Source: Marsupella aquatica | Taxonomy: Eukaryota > Plantae > Marchantiophyta | Length of the DNA: 64,000 bases | Assembly: GCA_973895155.1 (NCBI GenBank) | Contig: OZ316898.1 | Coordinates: forward strand, 6,001,079 to 6,065,078 | Reading direction: 5' to 3' | Shown here: one piece after another, positions 26,142 to 38,398 of the stretch | Position numbering within the stretch: position 1 is the first letter of the stretch | Layout of the letters: every line of letters starts with the position of its first letter | Notes under the pieces: generated by a model | What the model saw: the letters and a program-made list of their open reading frames with translations, nothing else | What the model was told of the DNA's origin: nothing | The model's database searches: none | Made by a program: the position numbers and the translations under genes

Positions 26142-26935
26142 ATGCCAAGGACGCGCAGTAGATTGGGAGCTGACCTTGAAGGCAGAGTTGAGAGGCTACG
26201 CCTGAAGCTGAGTGGAATGAGGTTGGTCCCTGCCAGTTCTGCTGTGCAATGGGAGTTTTCGCCTGTACACAAAGACACGTATAGATCACCCTATTCATTA
26301 AAAGTGTATTTTATTTTGTTCACTTTTAGGCCTCTAAATGTTCACTTTTTGGTCTCTAAATGTACACTTTTTAAACCCAAAAGGTACACTATAGTCCAAT
26401 ACTCTACACCTAAATGGTGAATTATAAACTTGAGGACACAAAAATGATCTTTACTGGAAGGAGTCTCATCCTAGTTCATGTACAAAGGATGAACATGGTG
26501 GTATATTTGATGGTCATCACCTTTATTTCTTGCCCAATTGTACACTTTTTGAAAGCCAAATGTACACTTTCTATCACCCAAATGTTCAGATTTTGAATAA
26601 TAATTCACTTTTAATGAATAGATTGATATAGTCGGCCCATTACTCTGGATGCTCCACCCTTGCCCATAGGTTTTTGTATTGTGGCAGTCGATAATGGAGT
26701 GGTACAACCACAGCAGATCTGCTACTCTGCCTGTATCCATAGTTGTGAGGATTTTTGCCCAAAATGTCGAGTGCGCCCTGGGGATATATATAGGCGGGAT
26801 GGACACATTAGACTGCAAAGGTGGTGTGCCTATATAATGTTCCACCATGATGAGCCAATCTTGGGACCAAGGGTTGAGACTGTTTGCCCTAGAGTAGAGC
26901 AACACTTAGTGGAGAAAGACCAGTATCAATTCTGA
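26142..26935 (+). CDS. Small two-exon Cys/His-containing hypothetical protein (146 aa; exons 26142-26278 and 26632-26935)
   Basis: GT-AG intron 26279-26631 joins two ORFs in frame (KD-T-RPITLDAPPLPIGF...ICYSACIHSCEDFCPKCR). No family recognised. Confidence 0.45.
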
Positions 26936-27763
26936 TTGTATGATGACTGTTTTGTCAATGGCAAACATATGAAGAGCCTGAATGGAGATACATAACAAAA
27001 GAACTAAAAAACATCACACTCACCTTAAGAGGCAAGACCTAAAATCCACCCAAGGTCTTAAAATTCTTGTTGTCCCTTTGAGGGATTTGGGCATAAGAAG
27101 ACAAACTTCACGTAATGTCTCTCAAGTTTTGTAGTACTGCCTTTCTAAACCCACACCCTTAACAACTCCTTCAACCCGGGTCTCAGAACTTTCTCCTTTT
27201 TGATAATTTTGAAGACTGAGTGACTGTATTTCATTCTTACTACTGCACAGAAACACTATATGTTTAATTATGTAGATTACATGAAACCCTTTTAGGCCCT
27301 TGTCCATATGTATCCTGGTTTGTGTGGGGATGATGAAATGTTGTGATGTGGAATCTATTCTAGTACCTGCCCAAATAAAAAATGCCTATTTGAAGAGGAT
27401 CATTTCAACAAATGTATTCAAAAGTCAAAGCATGAAAGAGGGGATTGATGGACATTATGATTAATGTTTCTTATTGTACTCACTGTTTTGAAGGGTCTGA
27501 GATTGCTGACTACTGTGAACACCCTTGGCCTAAATCTGGTTCAGGTAGGCCTTTCTTTGGTCTTGTAAACTGATGACATTTTGATTTGTACAATTCAAGT
27601 CTCCTTCAAATACCCATTGCCACTTACAATATGAAATGAGATTAGGTAACGTACCCAAGTAAATAATTTCTGATCAAGTTGCTAATATGTCATTTGTTTA
27701 CCTGTTGTTGGCATGCATGTGTAGTTTGCTATGAAGAACCAAAAACACACTTAAAGGTCTTCA

Positions 27764-28860
27764 AACTCGGTATTCGTTCCCGTAAAGAACAAGATGGGGT
27801 TGGTTTGATAGATTTAAACAATAATAAAGAACTAAAGATGTTTTCCACACATAGTAATCAAGTTTGATTACTTTAATAAGGTACTTTGAAGATCGCTCCA
27901 CAACGGTGAGTGGTTTTTAATGACAACTCAGCATCATGTAACCATAAATTAATGAAAAGGAAATGATTAATAAAACACAAGGGAAATAATCTCAAAGTAC
28001 GCTAGGGGAGTCTGGAATTGACCAAGGTTGCTCCTTAGGCATAAGTCAAAATGAAAAGACTTAAGGATTCAAATCCATATTGCTTTTTAGGTCTAAAATG
28101 TTTACTAGAGTACCTTTTAAAATGCCGTAAACATGTCTTATCCTTTCTTTCTAAGTGGTACTCAGATAAGATCTAAAAGGTAGCTACTTCAACATTTAGA
28201 TGGTACTAAGCAACATGAAAGAAAATCCATCAATTTCAAATAAGACTTAAACTCAATGAGTTAACTTTAAGAACTCAGGAGATTGCAATGAGTCACCAAA
28301 GAGGAATCTATCATCACAAGATCCAAAGATTTCTTACAAATGGATTTTATTTCCTGTGTTTATAATCAGAGGTAAAAACACAAGAAGGAGGTAAGTCTCT
28401 CCAAATGTTAAACCTAATCTCGAACTCATAGATTCATGATCAATGGGTTTAACACAAGGTAGAGGCAAAAATGCAAAACTTAACCATACTTCTACACTAG
28501 TGGTGGAGGGGTCTTATAGTAAAAACCTATAGGGTAAGAGGTCATAGGGTCGAAGAGACATGCCTCTTCATACTCCTCAAAAAGTCAAAACAGCGATTCA
28601 GTAAGTGAAAAGCCGGGAAATGGCTAAGTAAGAACCCGTAAAAGCATAAAAGCGTAAAGACATAATCGCGTAAAAGCGTAAAAACGTAAAGGCGTAATCT
28701 GGTGAATGCGGTAGACTTAAAGACTTACCAAATTCAACTATTTTTAACTTCCTAACTATAAGTCAGAAAACTCTGAGATTTTGCCGGGAGGTTTTCCTAG
28801 GTACAGACTACACACTAAATAAGTTTCATAGCTTTTAAAGCTCTATAACACATTTTGAAA
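27764..28860. repeat. Diverged long direct repeat, copy 1 (copy 2 at ~32064-33450)
   Basis: Colinear anchors AAACTCGGTATTCGTTCCC, GGGAGTCTGGAAT.GACCAAGGT, AAATGCCGT.AACAT.TCTTA.CCTTTC, GGAATCTATC, GACATGCC, CGTAA array, TTTTTAACTTCCTA.CTATAAGTC. Confidence 0.75.
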
Positions 28861-28915
28861 AATAGGGAAAGATGCACTATTCTTAAAACTTAACTAAAAA
28901 GACTTAGATTCTGCT

Positions 28916-31350
28916 TCAAGCTTGTTGTCGGATGTCTTCTGGTTCGAGTAGCTCCACGAGGGTAACAGTCCGAGCTTGAGTAACTTCCATCAGCTCAGCC
29001 TGGCGTGGGGATCCTCGAGAGTAGGGTAGGCATCTCAATTGCCTTTCAGGATACATCAGGGGCATTCTTCTCCTTAGATAACATATGTCTATTCGAAGAG
29101 CTTCTCTATATATCCCAATCACGTCATAATTATTGCAAGTAGCAGCATATACTTGGGGATAATGGTATAGAAATTCATCAGAGTTCAGCATCCTGGAATA
29201 GAAAGGGTGAAGCCTCCATTTGACATCTCTGAAATACCGGTTGAAGTTGGCTAGAGTTTGAGAGGTGACATTGTTCCAGATTCTCTGTTTCTCAGCTAAT
29301 GAACTGGTTGAAACAAGGGTAACCTTGGGCTCTCGAGGAAGATAAGCGTTCTGGGGAGAAGTAGATTTCTTACTCTGCATGAGAAAAGAAACCACAAAAT
29401 CTAGGGCATAAGCTGCCAAATTTCCAAAATATGCCAGAACTAAATCTGAATCCTCCACCTCCACCTCCACATCTCCTTGAAGTAGCATCACAGCAAGAAT
29501 GGGTCGGAAATAGAGAGAGTCAGTCCAGAACTCATCGAATTGTGCCATCTCCAGTCTGGAAGTTCCAAAACACCTGAGGTCGAAGATATAACTGGCCTCT
29601 GTCTTCTTGAGATAGTAGTATTTCCAAAATTCTCCAACCGGTGATCTGTTGGCCTGCATAATCTTACAGGTCTCCACATACCTGTGCACTTGGGACTCTG
29701 GATGTCTCGGGTATCTACTCTCGATGGTGGCATTCCGAGGTGTTTGAGTAGATGAAGTGACAACTGCTACTAAGTTTGGATTGGATCTTAAGGCAGTATC
29801 AACATCTTCAAATCCCTGCCTTGGGGATGACTCAAGAGAATTATCATAAGATCTATAAGTTTCACCATCTGAGGATGGATCAGAGTCTTCAGGTAGATCT
29901 TCTCTGTCAAAAGGGTGCTCATATTGTGACCGATTGTAGGTGGGTCCTTCTGTGGGTTCGTAGTTGGAATCAGGGCTGTAAGGTTGCAAACCTGGGCTAG
30001 GAGTAGGACTAGCAGTTGGACATTGTTGGATCAAGTTGCGGACCACAGATGCTATCTGTCGAGGTTCACACTGTAGTAGTTCTAACAAGTCATCCACAAT
30101 GGCCACACAGCTGATACTATTTGTTACTGGAATAGGCTCACTTGTTTCTAGGGGAGGGGGCTGTACAGTGACAGGAGTACAGATCACAAACTCCATTGGT
30201 GCTGGTTCTCTTGGGGGAGAGGTTATTCTGACAGGGCTTAGCTGATCATGAAATGGTGATCCCAAACTAACAGCCTCCATTCTCAAATTATTAACAGCAT
30301 CATATAGTCCATCATCACTACAACTGAGGAGAGATATCAACTTATCAATAAGCTGCTGATTCGACTCTGCCTTCGAAGGAGTGGACCTGGTGGTCTCATG
30401 AGGAGTAGCATCAGTTGGTGTAGCAACATCGTCTTGTTGATGAATGCTCCTTACTTCTTCAGCTTCTAGTGGATCTGCATCCATAGTCCGGCTAGGGAAA
30501 TTCTCATTACTTATTGATTGGCGAACAACTTCCCTGCTATGCATAGGAGAATGTGTAGGGATTTCTAATGAAGTATCCTCCATAGGAACATCAGCATTCT
30601 CCTCAACGTTCTGATCATTTGAATTCAATGGGGTGACATGTACAATGTCCTCCATAGGAATTTCTTCTTCAATACCCAAGTCAATCAGGAGTAACCCCTC
30701 TCTGTCTCTTCCTCCAGATATAAACAGTCATGAGTATAATAGAGCTGAGAGAGATAATTCTGTAAACAAGTGGTCCTCCCTGCTTCCAAGCTCCTTACTT
30801 GATCCTTCATTACATTAAACAGAAGTAGGGCCCAATTTACTTTTATAGCTCCACTGTGAGCAGCTACAATGGTGTTAGCCAAGGCCACAGGACAGAGAGT
30901 TGGCTTTTTCGGATGAAGAATGGGTACCAGAAATTCCATGAGCACTCTCAATTCAAGATAAGTACACTGGGACAAGTTCCAACCATTCTTGGCATTTCGA
31001 GTTCCTGAGAAGTATGGAGCAGATAAGTCCTGCTTCTTGGAACATAACGCCTCTCCTTCTGACGGGCATCCAAAGGCGTAAGCAATTTGCTCAACAGTCC
31101 ACAGGCTGGGGTGAGCTCAAATCGTTTGCCTGAATTCAATCGAGATGATAGTCCCCTTCACAAAATCCTGCAAGTAGGAGTCGAGCTCGACATTCCAGGG
31201 GATCCTGAGCAAGCGCTCCAATCCTAAGTGTTGTAAAGAGTCTTGTAAATTAGAAAGACTATCAGGCGCTCATGGTATACGAGCTGCCACTACTTTTGAG
31301 ACTGCTAGAGCTTCAATTTGATACTGTTCCTCAGCACCCAGGTTTGCCAT
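28916..31350 (-). pseudogene. Frameshifted mobile-element-associated ORF: conserved-looking N-terminal domain, Pro/Ser-rich linker, globular C-terminal domain
   Basis: ATG at 31350 (MANLGAEEQ..), stop at 31270, frameshifts near ~31150 and ~30695, then a 587-aa open segment. NGWNLSQC...LMEFLVPILHPKKPT...LANTIVAA.SG..KVNW..L...V resembles repeat-associated hypothetical proteins of bryophytes (recalled, unverified). Confidence 0.6.
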
Positions 31351-32063
31351 AGCTGCAACGGTGATTTGCGTGCTGCGAAGGTTGCTTTCGAAGAGAAAGA
31401 GCAAGTGAATAGGGGTGGTGAAAATACAGGAGTGAGCGCCTGAACTCTGTGCTTGATTCCTATCAAGGTATGAAGTCCCCAATCCGTTTCTAAGTCCCGT
31501 TGCGAAGTTAGCCGTAGCGCCATAACGTGAACTTTCCTTAAACACATAAGGCGTAAGCCGTAATCCCGTATTGGCGTAAACTTGTAACAGCGTAAACCCG
31601 TAAACCCGTTACGCTCTTACGCGTAAATGCGTAATCCCGTTATAAAGTATACCCGTAGTTTACACTTGGCATTTTAACAGCAACAGCAGGCTTAAATACT
31701 GTAAAAAGTTTAAATTTTTCAGTAATTTCAGGTTTTCGGTATTACCCAATACTCACATAGCCCTCTCCTCAAACGGCGCCGTGCCCTCACAAGCCTTCAG
31801 AATGAGGTAAATAATATTTCTTGACCCTGAAACTGTTGATTCTTGTTGCAAGGGGTTCTCCATTTAAAGTTGAAGTGTGTCCAAATAAACATTATCTCAT
31901 TGATTCTTAATTTGCAGCAATCCATTGAGTGAGAAGTTTTCCCTGAAAGAACATATACTTGGAGTCTTACATCAAAAGTGAATTTGCCTTTTGAGATATT
32001 CATTGGTTTCAAAAATTGTATGTAGTATTACATTAAGGACATAAATCAACATTTAATGCCCAA

Positions 32064-33450
32064 AACTCGGTATTCGTTCCCATGGAAGAACATGTTGGGA
32101 ATGGTTTTCTATCAATTAACACTTATGAATGACTAAGGTGTCGAAAACACAAAGGTGAGCCTTTTACTATGGATGCTCAGCAAGGCATAGATTTAAATGT
32201 TTGCTTAACATTATAAATACGATTAACAAAATGGAATAAATTAACAAAACACAAGAAAATCTTGAGGTATGATGAGGGAGTCTGGAATAGACCAAGGTAA
32301 CTCCTCAACAACACTTAATTTGTGATGATTTAAGGTGAAAAATCCGCAAGAACATTTCTGGAATGAAATACTTTACTAGGATGATTATTAAAATGCCGTC
32401 AACATATCTTAACCTTTCCTTCCAAGGTACTCAGTTAGGATTAATAACCAATCACTTCAGCATCCAGTCGGTACTCCGAGTCACGAATAATGAACACCAT
32501 CATCGTCAAACTAAAGTCATAGGTAATTGGTCAATAACATTCTTTACACCCTGTGCAAAAGCAATGTCATGCCAAAAACTTATGCATCAAGAACTTAGAA
32601 ATGTATAGCCTTCACCAATTAAGGAATCTATCTCCATACATTCAAAAGATTTCACCATTTCACAAGGTTTTACTTCTCTGGTTTGATCTCCAACATTCAA
32701 ACACAAGGAAGGGGGAAGAATTCCTTTGTATTAATCACTCATGCAAATACAGAGTTTCTCTCTACAAAGTGAAGCCTTGTCATGCTGCAAATTTGCAACA
32801 TAGTGCTTACATAATTCTTTCACATTTCAAATGACATAAATTCTACTTTATATAGGCTGGTAGAAACCCAAGGAGAGAGAAAATGAAAGGACATGCCCTT
32901 TCATGCCTCAAGGGTTCTTGAACTAAAGTAAAAATAACAAAGGTGTGCTACAGTAGTACCTAAGGGTCACATGAGGGTTCCTAGTATATAAAACTAACCA
33001 AAAGGTATTGCAAATGTGAACTAATGTAAAAGTGACATTAAGGTAAAACTAATGAATAGTGGCTTTGTCCTAATTTTAGTTTCTAAACCAAATATCAGTT
33101 TGAGATGAAACGTTCCCAGAGTATTCTCTTAGGTATAGTCTTCATGCTGGTAAAATCTCAGACTTTTCTGAGGTGTTTAGGTACTTCAATAAAATACCAA
33201 AAAGTACCGGAAATAAAGAACTACAGAAAATCGGAAAAAATTCCAAGTGTTGAAGGTATAAACGCGTATACACGTAAAAGCGTAAACTCGTAAAGACGTA
33301 ATCGCGGTGCAGCAAAAACTTAGCAGATCCAAACATTTTTAACTTCCTAGCTATAAGTCGGCTTGAGCTGAAACTTTCAGGGATGATTCTACTCCGTAAT
33401 GACTACCTCCTGAAAAAGTATGAAACTTTTCTGACCATGAGAACTATTTA
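32064..33450. repeat. Diverged long direct repeat, copy 2
   Basis: Same ordered anchors as 27764-28860. Confidence 0.75.
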
Positions 33451-34002
33451 ACTAAAATATCAGAGATCGGCTAATCGTGGTAATTGCACACAGAGCTCAT
33501 TTTTGATGAAGTGCTTTGGAGTCCGGTTCTTGAATCTTCTAGTCTGCATTGCTTCTCCAATGATGTCCAGTCTTCTTTCTTGGTAGCATGCAAAGAGCAA
33601 GGATTTATATGACGATCCTTGTCCAATAGAGGCAATAGCCTCCGATGAAGCATAACATCAGGTAAAGTGTTCAGTTGATCTAAATTGCTACAAAAGGTAA
33701 CTATATTACACCTTTGAGTTAGAAAAAGTTCAAAATTTATAAATTTTTCATCATTTCCAACTAATCTACTACATTACAGCATGTACTATTCTATTGGCAA
33801 TGAAGGCTAAAGTGGGAGCTGCCTTTACCTCAGTTGGAGTACTGTACCTCAAATGTATGTCTATTCTTCACTTGTGCACACGTTTGCTTCGCATGACGCT
33901 CTAGAAGATGGTATGGAAGGGTTTTGGAGTTGTCTAGAGCTCTGCAAGATGTCACAGAAGAAAGATGTGCAACTGTGTTTTTGATTAGGTAGTGCTGCAA
34001 TC

Positions 34003-37000
34003 ATGGCTTCTAGCCAGGCTGGGTCACATAACACTGCACATACAATAGAGGCAGACAACCTGAGAAGTTTACCTCTTTCCCATCCACGTCGAATACAGCG
34101 TCGTGATGATAACTTATGGGCTCGGGAACAGACAGCTTGCGCTCTGGTAGTGCTGATCATAGAATGTATTGCTCTTGCATGAAATGCAAAGGGATTGTTA
34201 AGACTACTCGAAAGACCAGTCGACAACATCTTCTTAAATATGGCCGCTACCCTGCCTGTCGAGTGTGGGTTGAAGACTCTTCTGATGAGGAGTGGAGATC
34301 CAATTACATCCGTAACTCTGGTCCAGAGGCACTAAGGGCAGGAATGTCTCGAGAGGCATTCCACTCAGGCATGCCATCAATAGATGTTGAAGAGCAGGTC
34401 AGAGTTTTACTTCAGGAGACATTGGCAAGAGCTTCTGAAGAGTCTGACGAATATGTGGATAATGATCCTCTTTTGATATAGATTCAATGTTTCAAAATGA
34501 TGAGAATGAGGCAGATCCATCCTCTACTGAGACCAGGGCTGAGGACACACCTACAGCAGGGCATCCTATAAATCCTGTCCCTCTGCAAGGGTCTTTAGAA
34601 GAAGCCATGAAACCCTTATTTCCAGGCAGTAAGACAGATGTAGTTTCCTTCATGTTGTTGTTTTTAAACATCTGTCACAACAATAGGGTTCTTGAACATG
34701 GGAGTGAATGCCATGTTGTCTTTGTTGACTGAGCATGGAATGCCAACAGAGCACACTCTCCCTAAAAACCTATATGCTGCAAAACAATTACTGAGAAAAT
34801 TGGGTTTAGACTATGAGAGAATCCCAGTCTGTGAGAATGGATGTATGTTATTTAGAAATGAGATTGCAGAGTTGGAAAATTGTTCCAAGTGTAATCAGCC
34901 AAAGATGAAGTTAGTGGGGAATTCTTTACAGCCTGTGAAGGTCTTGAGATATTTCCCTATAATCCCTCGATTGAAGAGATTGTATGCCACTAAGGGTACA
35001 TCTAAGCTAATGACTTGGCATCATGAGAACAAGAGCAAGGACAACATGGTCCAACATCCAGCAGATTCAAAGGCATGGAAGCATGTGGACACAAAGATCG
35101 ACCCTACTTTTGCTGCTGAGCCAAGGAATGTGCGAATGGGATTGGCACTTGATGGGGTAAATCCATTTGGGAATAATTCTACTGCCTGGTCTACATGGCC
35201 AATCCTGCTGTTGAATTATAATATCCCTCCTTGGCTTTCCACAAAGAAGTTCTTTGTCATGCTGGCTCTTCTAATTCCAGGTCCTATGTCTGTAAGCGAG
35301 GAACAATTTGATGTATACATGGCTCCACTTGTGGATGATCTTGAGACATTATGGTCATAAGGAGTAGATTGTTTTGATGTTCTACCAAGGCTAGGATTGT
35401 AGCAACAGTTCAAGCTAAGGGATTCAGTATTGTGGACAATCAATGATTATCCTGCATATGGATTAGTCTCTGGCCAACAACATGCAGGGTACAAAGGATG
35501 TGTGGTTTGTGGGCCAAATTGTGTGGCACATGGTTCAAAACAGTTGGGCAAGTTACTGTTTGCTGGCCATCGTTGCTGGTTACCACAGAAGCACTATTTT
35601 CGCAAAGAGGAAGTGGCAAAATACTTTAATGGTGAGGTAGAGGCACGAGCTGCACCATGTAGAGTGTCCAGCTCTGATAGGAAACGTTGGGAAGAAAAGG
35701 CCGCTAAATATGTGGAGAAGAAACCAGGGAATGCGCTGGATGATGAGAACTCTCCAGTAAAGAAGAATGGAGTGAAGAGGGTTACTGGATTATACAAGCT
35801 GCCGTACTGGAGTGTAAGTATCTGATTTCCCATACTGAATCCCTCAGTGTGTATTAATGTTAAGTAGCAAAGAGTAACATTTCTTATTCTAACTTAGTTT
35901 GTACTGAACTGTGCGTCCAATGCAGAAACTTCTCATCAACCATTGTTTGGATCCCATGCATTGTGAGAAGAATCTTGCACACAACATTGTGCACACTATT
36001 TTGGGGACAAAGGACACTCCTTCTGTTCGAGAAGACATGAAAGTCATGGACGTGCGGGAACACCTGTGGCTGGTTCCAAATCCAGATCCAAAAAAAGATT
36101 CAAAGATCATGCCGCCAGCCCCATACTGCCTCAGTAAGACAGAGAAGACTAAGTTCTTAGAGGTATTGTTGACCTTTAAAGGGCCCACTGGTTTCAGCAG
36201 TTCTTTGGCTAAATGTGTCACAGTTAAGAAGAAGTTATCAGGGCTGAAATCTCACGATTTCCATCACCTCATGCAACAAATCCTTCCATTGGCAACAATG
36301 GGATTACTTGATGAAGGTGTTCGGTTGGCCATAGCCAGAGTGAGCAATGTGTGGTGTACCAGCTGTGCCAAGGTTTGGGATCCCTCACAATACGACTCTG
36401 TGATGATGGATGTTGCATTCACACTCTGCCTTATGGAAATTCATTTCCCACCAAGCTTCTTTGATGTTATGACCCATCTATTTGATTCATCTGGTTCAGG
36501 AACTAGATATTTGTGGTCCAGTGAACATTAGATGGATGTACCCAATAGAAAGATATCTAAAGACCTTGAAGGGTTATGTTTGAAACAAGGCACGTCCAGA
36601 GGCTTCTATGACTGAAGGCTACCTTCTGGATGAATCTTTAGGATTCCTTTCTGAATACATTCAGATCGATGTTAAGGGGACAGGAATGAGAACATGGGAC
36701 TTGGAGAAGAATCCTGGTGTTGCAGGCATTGTCTTGGAAGGAGCTGGAAAACAGATCACCTTGGAGTGGAATGATATGATAGCTATGCATCATTACATAC
36801 TGGAGAATGAAGAGCTGGTGGAACCATGGTATAGGTATGAGCATGGTTTATATTGTTAAGTTCTCTGTTGTTTATTATTAAACAGAATTGAGTTTTGAGC
36901 AGAAATTGTGTGGGCCTAGGAGCTGACTATCATTCTTGCCATGCAGGGTTTATGATGATCAAAAGGAGGCAGTTACCAAGCACAGCTCTAGCAGATTTCC

Positions 37001-37707
37001 GGAAAGAATGGATGAAGAATCCAGGAAATCGGAAGAATCCTGTGCCTTATCCCTCTGATTTGGATGAGTTGCCTCCTTTTAGATAATGGTTTGAAGTGAC
37101 AATTAGAAGGCATAATTTGAAGAATGAGTTTGAACAAATGGTGTTGGCAGCGTATAGTGTACCACCTAGTCTGAAGGCACTACGGTACAGGGCCTGCAGA
37201 GCCTATGGGCACCATTGGAGGACCATTCCATCACTAGGTTCCTTGATTGATTGTGACTCATCTGGGTTCAAGACTTTTGATTCTGGGATGGCTTGGACAT
37301 TCACTGAGAAGCGGGTCATTAGGTCAGGGGCAACAGTAGATGAATCTGTACAATATGTGGGGGTGTTGACAGACATCTTAGTGTTGAACTATGGGCCTCT
37401 GATAAAGGAAGTGGTCCTTTTCAAAGGAAGGTGGGCAAACCCATCTTGGACTCCCAAAGCCACTGCAAGTATGAGATATGATGTGTCTGGATTGTGGCAA
37501 GTAAATTTTCAGAAGGAGCTGGGTGCTTCCAAGAAAATGGACTATGTATTGCCACGACAGATAGAACAAGTGTTTTTTTACCCAAATGATAAGGGGATTG
37601 CATGGAGGACAATCCTCCACAAGGAATCCAGGTCTATAAGGGTGTTGGGTGATTACATGAAAGTTGATTTCCATGATACTATGGATGACAATGTAAGTTT
37701 CACATAG
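34003..37707 (+). pseudogene. tnpD: CACTA TnpD/Tnp2 transposase, disrupted (transposase-associated domain, Transposase_21, DUF4218, DUF4216)
   Basis: MYCSCMKC...HLLKYG; HPADSKAWKHVD; EPRNVRMGLALDGVNPF; STWPILLLNYNIPPW; WTINDYPAYG; LDPMHCEKN; SGLKSHDFH; FPPSFFDVMTHL; WMYPIERYLKTLKGYV*NKARPEASMTEGY; YVGVLTDILVLNY..VVLFKGRW..QIEQVFF. Several stops (35358, 35399, 36581, 37084) and frameshifts. Confidence 0.95.
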
Positions 37708-38398
37708 AGTTGGCAGAAGCCTGTACAACTAGACAAGAGTCTGGACCAAGTACTACAGACAAAGGAAAAAGAAAGTATAAAAGGAAATGAATGGTTTGAA
37801 GATACTGTACAGTCCGGTTTCATTTAGTTGGGAGTGGGATCATACTAACATGGCATGCCATGGTCTAGCAGTGAATGCAGCGAATACCTCCATACGAGGA
37901 GGAACGAAATAAGAAGGTACCAGACAACAATAGAAAATTCAGAGAGATATTTGGATCAAATTTCAATTTCATGTGAGTATAACCTTGCATATTGTTTTGA
38001 ATGTGCAAAGATGTGTTAATATTGCTCATCAGCAACATTAGTTGGTTTTTGATACTTGTCATTCATGAATTGATATTCTCTGATGTAGACTGGGTGCAAC
38101 ACAGACCGTAGGGCGCAAGAAGGAAACAAGTGCACGTCAAACTCCTAGAAGTGAAGTTACCACACAGAGGAGACAGAGCTCCAGACTATCAAGAATTGCC
38201 TCAGTGAGTATGGCAGAGTCTGGTGATGAGGGCTCTGAATTAGATTATGACACTGATGCTGAGTATAGTGAAAATGAGAAACTAGAAAGTTCATCCAAGG
38301 TGAGATTCCTATATTACATTTCACCAACATTATGAGGAAACTATAGACATTGGTAGTGATTCTGTTTAATAACATTGGTTTTAACTTGATCTGGACAG

